Shown here one piece after another: positions 9,421-17,321 of a stretch of 64,000 bases of DNA (position 1 is its first letter; each line of letters starts with the position of its first letter). The stretch spans positions 10,873-74,872 of the forward strand of contig CAZCSM010000001.1 in NCBI GenBank assembly GCA_964501355.1, in the 5' to 3' direction. The translations under genes were made by a program, and so were the position numbers. The DNA comes from an uncultured Candidatus Saccharibacteria bacterium (GTDB lineage: Bacteria; Patescibacteriota; Dojkabacteria; CAZCSM01). The notes under the pieces were generated by a model that was given only the letters and a program-made list of their open reading frames with translations, searched no databases and was not told the DNA's origin.

Positions 9421-9655
9421 GCTACTTTTGCAAACAAAAGTAGCCAAAATTTCTGAAACAAGACTTTCCTCCAGTGGAGGAGAGATGTCACGAAGTGACA
9501 GAGAGGAGAATTAGTGCCAGAGATGGTAATCATAGAACAGAAATTAATCGGCATAGAAATCCCCTTTGTCATACTTCGACAGACTCAGTATGACATTTCC
9601 CCTTTTCCAAAGGGGAATCTTGTTTCAGGCTTCAACGGCTAACAACCGAATACAG
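9421..9655. repeat. Copy A of a structured intergenic repeat element: leading hairpin plus a 176-bp core bounded by the 11-bp terminal inverted repeats CTGAAACAAGA/TCTTGTTTCAG
   Basis: It is near-identical to 12701..12937, with 2 mismatches in the 176-bp core. Internal hairpins are cctccagtggagg, gtcacgaagtgac and ccccttttccaaagggg. It lies between the RR and histidine kinase genes of one TCS operon. Confidence 0.8.
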
Positions 9656-9735
9656 ATAACATTGGGATTTTTACATTGTTTTTTAAAATATTAATTCTAC
9701 GAGATCCTGAAATAAATTCAGGATGACACAAAATT

Positions 9736-10827
9736 ATGAAATTTTTCAAAACAACATTTGGACAGATTTTTATTGCTATTACGCTAACAGTTGTCGGTGT
9801 GCTGATGGTCGCCGGACTTGCTACCACCCAACAAGTTAACGATGGCTTTGATAGATTCGTCGAACAGCAACGGGAGTTCTTTGAAGGTCGTGGAATGTGG
9901 GCCAAAATTGCTGCTGTTGAAAATATCAAAGAGTTTGAGCGAATAACAAATGAGTTTAAAAGAACGGTCTCAAGATCAATCTTGTTTTCGTCAATAGTCG
10001 GTGTAACGGTTGGAATTGTCGTAAGTGTCATTATTTCTGACCAAATTACTAAGCCGCTTTCCCGACTGAAAGACATCGTAAAAAACGTTGCAAAAAACGA
10101 TTATGATACTCGCGCAAAGGTTGAAGGTTCTGCAGAAATTCGAGAACTGATTTTTGAGTTTAATAAACTTATTGCAGAGCTGGATAGAATAGAACAACTC
10201 CGCGAGGATCTTGTTACGGATGTCGCACATGAACTCAAGACTCCGCTGACAAAAGTCCGTGGGCAACTCGAGGGTGTAATCGATGGCGTTTATGACTTGG
10301 ATAAAGAGAATCTGGACAAGGTGCTGAAAAATGTTGATCAATTGGAATATCTGATTGAAAGACTTCAAGAGATGGTTCAGATAAAATCCGGTGTTCAAAA
10401 ATTGAAGTTGGAAAAATTAAATATCAAGAAAATTCTCGAGGAAGTAATTTCTGGTTTTTCCGGAAAAGAAATAACTATGATTTTGGATGTCGATTCGGAG
10501 ATTGAAATTGAAGCGGATGAGAAAAAGTTCCGCGAGATTCTAGACAATTTAATTGGTAATGCATACAAATATACAAATGAAGGGAAGATTACAATTACCG
10601 CAGATGAAAAATCGTTAGCAGTTTCCGATACAGGCGTTGGTATTCCGAAAAAAGATTTGCCCTATATTTTCGAGAGATTCTATCGTGTTGATAAATCAAG
10701 AAATAAAGAAACCGGTGGTCTTGGTCTGGGCTTAGCAATAGTGAAAGAACTCGTTGAGGCACATGGATGGACTGTTGAGGCGGAAAGTGAGGAAGGGAAG
10801 GGGAGTGAGTTTACAATTTTATTTTGA
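9736..10827 (+). CDS. Sensor histidine kinase (TM-HAMP-HisKA-HATPase_c)
   Basis: It has TM helices. The H-box is DVAHELKTPLT. The C-terminal part contains the G-box (SDTGVGIP) and G2-box (GGLGLGLAIVKELVEAHG). Confidence 0.85.
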   Translation: MKFFKTTFGQIFIAITLTVVGVLMVAGLATTQQVNDGFDRFVEQQREFFEGRGMWAKIAAVENIKEFERITNEFKRTVSRSILFSSIVGVTVGIVVSVIISDQITKPLSRLKDIVKNVAKNDYDTRAKVEGSAEIRELIFEFNKLIAELDRIEQLREDLVTDVAHELKTPLTKVRGQLEGVIDGVYDLDKENLDKVLKNVDQLEYLIERLQEMVQIKSGVQKLKLEKLNIKKILEEVISGFSGKEITMILDVDSEIEIEADEKKFREILDNLIGNAYKYTNEGKITITADEKSLAVSDTGVGIPKKDLPYIFERFYRVDKSRNKETGGLGLGLAIVKELVEAHGWTVEAESEEGKGSEFTILF

Positions 10828-10876
10828 AGAAAATTATAATTAATGTATAATTCGTGCGTTTAACACGATTTATACT

Positions 10877-11803
10877 ATGTGTGAGTCTGGGGTTGTTTTC
10901 GAAGGGGATCCTATTGTTGAAGTTGAGTCTGATAGCGATGTTAGAGCTATTGTAATAGATATGCCAACAAGTGAAGTTCAGCCGGTTGTTATCGTTCCTG
11001 TGATTGAAACCGTTGTTTTACATGAGGAAACACCTACTTCGTTACATTGTGATAGTTCCCATAGAGCTGGAGAGCATAACATAACAGTATTAAAAACGGT
11101 AGATAGATCTCTCCGTTCACAGAAAACTATCTTTGCAAAGATTTGCAATTTTATTTCTCCGGAAGTTGGAAAGGAATATCTTCATAGTTGGCAGAAAAGA
11201 GCCTTAGACGTTGTGATTGCAATTCCAGCTTCATTAGTTGCAGTCCCGACATCAATTGTTTTAGGGCTTATTCAGCATTTCAGTGATGGTGAATCAGCAT
11301 TTTTTTGGCAGACTCGCTTAAAAACCGATCTACAAACACCTTTCCAGATGCCAAAGATTCGCTCCATGAGAAGCGATGCCGATGCGTTAGATATAGAAGA
11401 AAAAGCTTCATTAATGGCTAATATACAGCCAGATAAAGATCCTCGTATTAGTGGAATCGGGAGGCTTCTACGGGTAACTGATGCCGACGAATTGCCACAG
11501 ATTGTTCAGGTTTTAATTGGAATTCAGAGTATTGTCGGTCCAAGAGCAGTATCTTTAGAGGTATTGTCTTTCATGGAAGACAAATTACCCGAAGATATCT
11601 TTAGGGAATGGATATCCAATTACATTAAAAATAAAAGAACGGGAATTGTTGGTGCAAATCAAATATTTAATAGGAACCGAAAAGATAACCTTGGAAGAAC
11701 TCATTATGATAATTTTTATGGTAATCATGCATCTTTAGGTTTTGATCTTTATATCCTTTGGAGAACATTCTTGAAACTTTCAAGATTGGAGAAATTGTTG
11801 TAG
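10877..11803 (+). CDS. Bacterial sugar transferase (Bac_transf; polyprenyl-phosphate glycosyl-1-phosphate transferase family); true start uncertain
   Basis: KRALDVVIAIPASLVAVPTSIVLGLI...FFWQTRLKTDLQTPFQMPKIRSMR...DPRISGIGRLLRVTDADELPQIVQVLIGIQSIVGPRA matches WbaP/PglC-type motifs. The first 95 or so residues are unusual and may not be translated. Confidence 0.65.
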   Translation: MCESGVVFEGDPIVEVESDSDVRAIVIDMPTSEVQPVVIVPVIETVVLHEETPTSLHCDSSHRAGEHNITVLKTVDRSLRSQKTIFAKICNFISPEVGKEYLHSWQKRALDVVIAIPASLVAVPTSIVLGLIQHFSDGESAFFWQTRLKTDLQTPFQMPKIRSMRSDADALDIEEKASLMANIQPDKDPRISGIGRLLRVTDADELPQIVQVLIGIQSIVGPRAVSLEVLSFMEDKLPEDIFREWISNYIKNKRTGIVGANQIFNRNRKDNLGRTHYDNFYGNHASLGFDLYILWRTFLKLSRLEKLL

Positions 11804-11807
11804 TTTT

Positions 11808-12641
11808 GTGATAGATTTTACTTGTCGTTTAACTATGCAAATTGAAGTTATTGGTTGTTATGGTTCTGCTGCAAAAAATAAATACTTGTCAACGTATCTT
11901 CTGAAAGACGAATCTGGATATATTGCTCTTGATGCCGGATCTCTCTGTAATATTCTTGATGAAAAACAACTTCTCATTCATTCTGCAATAATAACACATG
12001 CACATCTTGATCATTGGAGAGATTTACCAATTCTTGCATATAATCAAGCAATGCCACAAAATGTTGTTAACCTTCCAGGATTTACGGTTTATGGAACCGG
12101 CAATGTCCTGTCCGCAATAAATTCTGATGGCTTTGCAGGGAAAAGTTGGGTTGATTTCCCGCAAATAGAAATTGATGGGAGAAAAATCGTTAGTTTTAAA
12201 CCAGTAGAAATAGAAAATACCTTTCAAATTGGCAAATATAAATTTACTGCATTTGAGGTTTCTCATCCTGTCTGTAAAGAATCCGGTGCTGTTTCGTATT
12301 TGATTGAGGATGATCACTCGGCCGTGCTTTATACCGGTGATATGGATTTTGCGGGCAAGGATTTTTGGAAATCATTTCAAGGTAATGAAAAACTCAAAGC
12401 TGTAATTATAGAATGTTCCTATCCTAATCGATTTGAAGAAACCTGTGCAATCCCTTTTCATCATCTAACGCCACAAATGTTGTCTGAACAATTTAGCCTT
12501 CTGAACAGGAATGATGTTACTTTTTATGCAACACATTTCTTTCCTCGTTATGAAGATGAAATCAAAGGCGAAATTGAGAGCCTAAATCAATCGGGGTTTA
12601 ATGTAAAAGTTTTAGAACAATCTTCGATAATTAAACTTTAA
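11808..12641 (+). CDS. MBL-fold metallo-hydrolase
   Basis: The HxHxDH motif is ITHAHLDHW. Downstream His and Asp residues are present. Confidence 0.65.
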   Translation: MIDFTCRLTMQIEVIGCYGSAAKNKYLSTYLLKDESGYIALDAGSLCNILDEKQLLIHSAIITHAHLDHWRDLPILAYNQAMPQNVVNLPGFTVYGTGNVLSAINSDGFAGKSWVDFPQIEIDGRKIVSFKPVEIENTFQIGKYKFTAFEVSHPVCKESGAVSYLIEDDHSAVLYTGDMDFAGKDFWKSFQGNEKLKAVIIECSYPNRFEETCAIPFHHLTPQMLSEQFSLLNRNDVTFYATHFFPRYEDEIKGEIESLNQSGFNVKVLEQSSIIKL

Positions 12642-12700
12642 ATTTCAAGCTAATTCAGATTGCCTAATTCCAAAAAGTGTTAGGTCTAGAAAGATAGTCT

Positions 12701-12937
12701 GTTACTTTTGGGAACAAAAGTAACCAAAATTCCTGAAACAAGACTTTCCTCCTGTGGAGGAGAGATGTCACGAAGTGACAGAGAGGAGAATTAGTGCCAG
12801 AGATAGTAATCATAGAACAGAAATTAATCGGCATAGAAATCCCCTTTGTCATACTTCGACAGACTCAGTATGACATTTCCCCTTTTCCAAAGGGGAATCT
12901 TGTTTCAGACTTCGACGAGTAACCAACCAAATTCAGG
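12701..12937. repeat. Copy B of the structured intergenic repeat element
   Basis: It has the same hairpin plus core architecture as 9421..9655. Core 12733..12908 is about 99 percent identical to core 9453..9628. Confidence 0.8.
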
Positions 12938-13289
12938 TAATAAAAGGTTATTTTAAAGTTATTAAAAACTAAGATTTGATTTTTGATAAGTTCTTCTTTT
13001 TCTTCCACATTCCCTCCATATTCATCCGCTATTATCTTCTTACAGTCAAATAATAAATCGGAAAACACACAAACTTACAGCGGTTAGCTGAATAGATCCT
13101 TCGACAGGCTCAGGATGACATAGTGTTGATTTGAAGAGAGTAAATATTTGATATTAAATCGTCAAGAGCAAGACTCAATTGAGTTTCTTTGCCAATAGTG
13201 GGAATGATAAGCTTTTCTGGGAGCCTAGTATATTTTAAAGTACGAGTAACTGGAGAGCTTATTAATTATTTAAATTTATTCAAAGTAAG

Positions 13290-13772
13290 ATGAACAAGAA
13301 AATGATGGTTGCTGTCATTGCAACCGGGTCAATTGTCGTCGCAGGTTTTGTAACTGCAACAACGGCCTTTGCGTCAGAAGATGCATACAAGCCAATGATG
13401 CAAAGATTTGCAGAACGATTGGGCGTAACGACAGAACAAGCACAAGAGGCGTGGGACGAAACTCATTCCGAGATGCAAACAGAACGTCTAGATAATGCTG
13501 TTGAGAGCGAACTGATTACGGAAGAACAAAAAGCTATTATTCTTGAGAAACAAGAGGAAGTAAAAGCTGAACTTGACGCTTTGCGATCTGAAGATCCAAT
13601 CGATCATGATGCAGTTCATGAAGTTATGGAAGAAACAAAAGATTGGGCTGACGAGAATGACATTCCTGCTGGTATGGTTAATGGTGGCGGAATGAAGGGA
13701 CGTGGTGGTCATGGAGGAATGGGAGGAGAAGGAGATGGTGATGGTTTACATGACGGTTCTTGTTTAGAGTAA
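13290..13772 (+). CDS. Secreted hypothetical protein (signal peptide, acidic, Gly-rich C-terminus)
   Basis: It has an N-terminal signal peptide (MMVAVIATGSIVVAGFVTATTAFA). I know of no homologous family. Confidence 0.5.
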   Translation: MNKKMMVAVIATGSIVVAGFVTATTAFASEDAYKPMMQRFAERLGVTTEQAQEAWDETHSEMQTERLDNAVESELITEEQKAIILEKQEEVKAELDALRSEDPIDHDAVHEVMEETKDWADENDIPAGMVNGGGMKGRGGHGGMGGEGDGDGLHDGSCLE

Positions 13773-13785
13773 TTTCTTCATTTTT

Positions 13786-13816
13786 AAGAGGTCGAGAAAT
13801 CGACCTCTTTTTCTTA
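13786..13816. terminator. Bidirectional rho-independent terminator between convergent genes
   Basis: There is a perfect 10-bp stem (aagaggtcga gaaa tcgacctctt) followed by tttcttattg. It lies exactly between the 13290..13772 (+) stop and the 13814..14437 (-) stop. Confidence 0.65.
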
Positions 13817-14437
13817 TTGTATTAATGCTTTCTTAATAATATTGTTAAGTTCTTGAATATTGTTTTCTTCAATAACTCCAGTATGTAGAGATTTTACATT
13901 TCCGTTTTGAACAATAATTAATGATGGGAATTTCGTCACATTCAGTTTCTGTGCTAATTCAGGATATTTCTGAGCATCTAATTTATAAACTTTTAGATTG
14001 ATGCCTTCGAATAAATCCTTGTAAAGAACAGAACGTAGTCTACAGTCGGCAAATTCTTCATGCCAGACATCAATCAAAAATTTTTTTGACGAATTAAGAA
14101 TGGTTGAAAAAGTTGAATTGTCTAAAATCTCAGCAATGGCCGATTTGCCAGGTTGAACACCATATCTTTCTTGCCAGACCAGTTCCTCGGTTCGCGTATC
14201 AGCATTAATTGCATCTGTGATTTCTTTTTCGGATTCTTCATCTCTGACAAAAATAATTGCACTAATGGGACAGCTATCTGGCAAAGTACATTTGAGACAA
14301 AAAGTACATTTCTTTTCATCCCAAACGACCTTCTCTAGGTTTTGATCATACGTCAGCGCCTGGTTTGGACAATTAACAATACCTAAACATTCAGGTGAGC
14401 GATCACAAATCTTTTGATTGATAATAATTTTTGGCAT
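13814..14437 (-). CDS. Fusion protein: N-terminal Cys-rich ferredoxin-like (4Fe-4S-type) domain + C-terminal thioredoxin-like fold domain
   Basis: Two Cys clusters are present (CDRSPECLGIVNCP and CTFCLKCTLPDSCP). The C-terminal half is thioredoxin-fold-like and has no CxxC motif. Confidence 0.45.
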   Translation of the reverse strand: MPKIIINQKICDRSPECLGIVNCPNQALTYDQNLEKVVWDEKKCTFCLKCTLPDSCPISAIIFVRDEESEKEITDAINADTRTEELVWQERYGVQPGKSAIAEILDNSTFSTILNSSKKFLIDVWHEEFADCRLRSVLYKDLFEGINLKVYKLDAQKYPELAQKLNVTKFPSLIIVQNGNVKSLHTGVIEENNIQELNNIIKKALIQ

Positions 14438-14461
14438 GGAACTGTTTTTATTAATTAAAAT

Positions 14462-15247
14462 TCAGTTTTTATTTTCTCCTTTTTTGATTTGTGGATCTTC
14501 TCTTTTCGCTTGTTCCCAGGCTAAGTTGTAAATATTCCTCAAGCTAGTCGCAATGTCTTTGTCGGTTATTACAAGAGAGTAGGGACGCTCTTTGTTAAAA
14601 GAAACAAAGATTACTTTATCATCATAAATCATCACGTCGGTTTCGGATCCCGGTTTTACAGGAACTCTAAGTTGAAGATTTTTGTCAGATCTGTACTCTG
14701 AAACATAATCATCATCCTCTAACTTCAGAATTTCTTTTGACCTGATATTCGTCTTTTTGAAGAACTTTTCAAAGTATTCCTCAAAAAATTTTCCTTTTAC
14801 TACTTCCTCGTAATTCTCAGCAAGGCACTGTATCAAGATTTCCTTTGCATCAAATGTCATGTTGTACGCCTGCTTGATGCCTTCTGCTCCCTCGAGAAAC
14901 TCGACCTTTGGTTTGTTGGATTTTTTGTTTTGCATAGATTTTAATTCACTTAAATTATCTTTTACAGCATTAAGTGATTGCGCAATCTCTTTCTGTTTAT
15001 TATCGAGAAGTATGGCCAATACTTCAGGATCTGCTGCCACATAATTCGCCTTTTCTCTCTTCAATGTTTTGGTTATCAATCCTTGCTTTATCAAGTCTTC
15101 AATTAAAGAATAAATTGTCGTTCTTGGAACATTGCTTTTTATAGCTAATTTAGAAATTGAACTCTCTCCTCTTTCTAAATTTGCAAGATAAATTGCAAGA
15201 TGTTCTTCTCTCAAATTTAATTGCTCAAATGTTTTTGTTAGATTCAT
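14462..15247 (-). CDS. TrmB-family transcriptional regulator
   Basis: The N-terminal HTH (LNLREEHLAIYLANLERGESSISKLAIKSNVPRTTIYSLIEDLIKQGLI) matches the TrmB HTH. Confidence 0.6.
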   Translation of the reverse strand: MNLTKTFEQLNLREEHLAIYLANLERGESSISKLAIKSNVPRTTIYSLIEDLIKQGLITKTLKREKANYVAADPEVLAILLDNKQKEIAQSLNAVKDNLSELKSMQNKKSNKPKVEFLEGAEGIKQAYNMTFDAKEILIQCLAENYEEVVKGKFFEEYFEKFFKKTNIRSKEILKLEDDDYVSEYRSDKNLQLRVPVKPGSETDVMIYDDKVIFVSFNKERPYSLVITDKDIATSLRNIYNLAWEQAKREDPQIKKGENKN

Positions 15248-15486
15248 TGTGACGATGATTAGAACTATTTGCAGAGATTATACTCGATATGTACTGTGTG
15301 TAAAGTCTTTCTCGTTGTAATATTGTCGACGGATTTGTCGACAGTTGGTCTGGCCACAGTTGTGCGTTGTTGGTAAATGAGACTTGCATCATACTTCCGG
15401 TAAGTATATAATTGTTTATATTATCTTAATGAAATTTTAATTGTTCTGCCCTAAGATAATATTAATACTCGAGTTACTGTAACTTA

Positions 15487-16155
15487 ATGAGAGTTCTAGT
15501 AATTGAAAGCGATGCAGACTCAGCGCGACTTCTCCAAAGAGGGTTGGAAGCTGAGTATTACGCAGTGGATGTCGCTCACGATGGTGAAACTGGCCTCCGT
15601 CTTGCTGAAAGTGATGAATATGATGTTATCACGCTCAATATAAATCTTTCAGACATGGAGGGTTGTGAAGTTGTCAATTCTCTTCGTTCCCACAACATAG
15701 AATCTCCAATAATAATAATCACAGAGAAGAAGGGCTCAAAGAATAAAGCAGAACTCTTGAACTGTGGTTGCGATGATTATCTTGTAAAACCTTTTCATTT
15801 TGAGGAACTCGCAGCGAGAATTCGAGCTATTTTAAGAAGAAAAGGCTTCGTTCAAGATGATGTTTTGGAAATTGGTAATTTGATTTTGGATGCCGTCGGA
15901 CACGAGGTGAAATTTAAGGGAGAGTTAATTGAACTTCGAAATCGAGAGTTTGATTTGTTAGAATATCTAATGAGGAATGAAGGGCGCGTGGTTACTCGGA
16001 ATATGGTTCTTGAACATGTTTGGGATATAAACGCAGATGCCTTCAGTAACACTATTGAAGTTCATGTTACGCATCTAAGAAGGAAACTTGGTGAGGCTGG
16101 AATTATGATTAAAACAATTCGTGGCATTGGATATAAATTAATTGTACCTTCATGA
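15487..16155 (+). CDS. Atypical OmpR-family response regulator lacking the phospho-acceptor Asp (D to N)
   Basis: It has the receiver fold, and the trans_reg_C domain has the RGIGYKL motif. The segment that is LILDLGLPDVDG in the neighbouring RR reads VITLNINLSDMEG here, with Asn at the phospho-site. The conserved T (IITEK) and K (VKPF) are retained. Confidence 0.75.
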   Translation: MRVLVIESDADSARLLQRGLEAEYYAVDVAHDGETGLRLAESDEYDVITLNINLSDMEGCEVVNSLRSHNIESPIIIITEKKGSKNKAELLNCGCDDYLVKPFHFEELAARIRAILRRKGFVQDDVLEIGNLILDAVGHEVKFKGELIELRNREFDLLEYLMRNEGRVVTRNMVLEHVWDINADAFSNTIEVHVTHLRRKLGEAGIMIKTIRGIGYKLIVPS

Positions 16156-16826
16156 AAATTTTAATTATTGAGGACGATAAATCAATAGTTAGGCTACTTG
16201 TATCATACCTTCGAAAAAGAGGTTTTGATACAGATGTATCATTTAGTGGAAAGCCCGGATGCGACATGGTAAAGAAGGGTGATTTCGATTTGTTGATTCT
16301 GGATCTCGGTTTGCCTGATGTTGATGGAACAGAGGTTTGCAAATGCATTCGTGAGTTTTCCGATATTCCAATTCTTATCTTAACCGCTAGAGGGCAACTT
16401 GACGATAAAGTTTGTGGTCTCGATTTTGGTGCGGATGATTATTTAGTTAAACCTTTTGACAATAAAGAGCTGCATGCTAGGATTGAAGCTTTGACGCGAC
16501 GGGAATCAAAGATGGTTCTTCGTGGTAACACTTTATCGGTTGGTGATTTGGTCATGAATATCAAGAATCATACTGTTAGCTTAGCTGATGAAGATATTGA
16601 ACTAACGAAGAAAGAATATGCTCTACTTGAGTACCTGCTTCGAAATAAAAACCAGATTCTCTCGAGACTTCAAATCCTAACTCACGTATGGGATCAAAAT
16701 GTTGATACATTTACAAATACCGTTGATGTTCATGTTGCTTCATTAAGAAGAAAAATTCAAAATGAGAAATATGACCTGATCAAAACACTTCACGGTGTGG
16801 GGTACATGTTGAAAGACTCTGAATAA
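16152..16826 (+). CDS. OmpR-family response regulator (canonical), overlapping upstream RR by 4 bp (ATGA)
   Basis: The motifs are MKILIIEDD, LLILDLGLPDVDG, ILTARG, VKPF and the C-terminal LHGVGYML. Confidence 0.85.
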   Translation: MKILIIEDDKSIVRLLVSYLRKRGFDTDVSFSGKPGCDMVKKGDFDLLILDLGLPDVDGTEVCKCIREFSDIPILILTARGQLDDKVCGLDFGADDYLVKPFDNKELHARIEALTRRESKMVLRGNTLSVGDLVMNIKNHTVSLADEDIELTKKEYALLEYLLRNKNQILSRLQILTHVWDQNVDTFTNTVDVHVASLRRKIQNEKYDLIKTLHGVGYMLKDSE

Positions 16827-16860
16827 ATATCTCTATTTTAATTTTAAATTAGAACGTTCT

Positions 16861-16965
16861 TCTACTTTTGTGACCAAAAGTAGACAAAAGTCCTGGGGGG
16901 AAAGAGTGTCCTCCTAGCACGAACGTTATCCAAATAGCACCCGACATCATTCGCCCCCAGACCCC
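16861..16965. repeat. Degenerate relative of the 9421/12701 element: same leader hairpin (tacttttgNNNNcaaaagta) followed by a short GC-rich segment bounded by tcctgggggg / ccccagacc
   Basis: cttctacttttgtgaccaaaagtagacaaaagtcctg parallels gctacttttgcaaacaaaagtagccaaaatttctg. It sits 35 bp after the RR stop and probably also acts as a terminator hairpin. Confidence 0.45.
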
Positions 16966-17321
16966 ACGTTAGAACAGCCGAACTTATACTACACAACCAT
17001 TAGAACACATCCATTTGTTTTAATAGAATTTAACTTCTTGTTAAAACTTTTTCAATATTTGGTTCAAACTTCTCAAATCTTGTTGTGATTTTATTTTAAG
17101 CCGCAAATGCTAGATTAACTGAGTATCAAAGTATACTTCACATGAATCGTTTAGGAAAAGACTACAATGTGAGCAAATTTGAGACTCGAGGTGTCAGAAG
17201 CTTCGCCATTATTAAGAAGTTTCTGCGCAGAAGCTCCAAAAGATTGTCTCGAAGAAATGAATCTGTTATTTCTCGGAACAGATTCTACAATACGGCTTTA
17301 TAATTTTACTTTAGCATCTTT

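Noticed and set aside
9639-10398. Minus-strand ORFs 9639..10076 and 9991..10398
   Set aside because: They overlap the histidine kinase gene on the opposite strand and start inside the repeat element. They have no motifs.
12664-13068. Minus-strand ORFs 12664..12852 and 12865..13068 over repeat copy B
   Set aside because: The equivalent frame is not open in copy A, and the only sequence differences fall in hairpins. This is a non-coding structured element rather than a gene.
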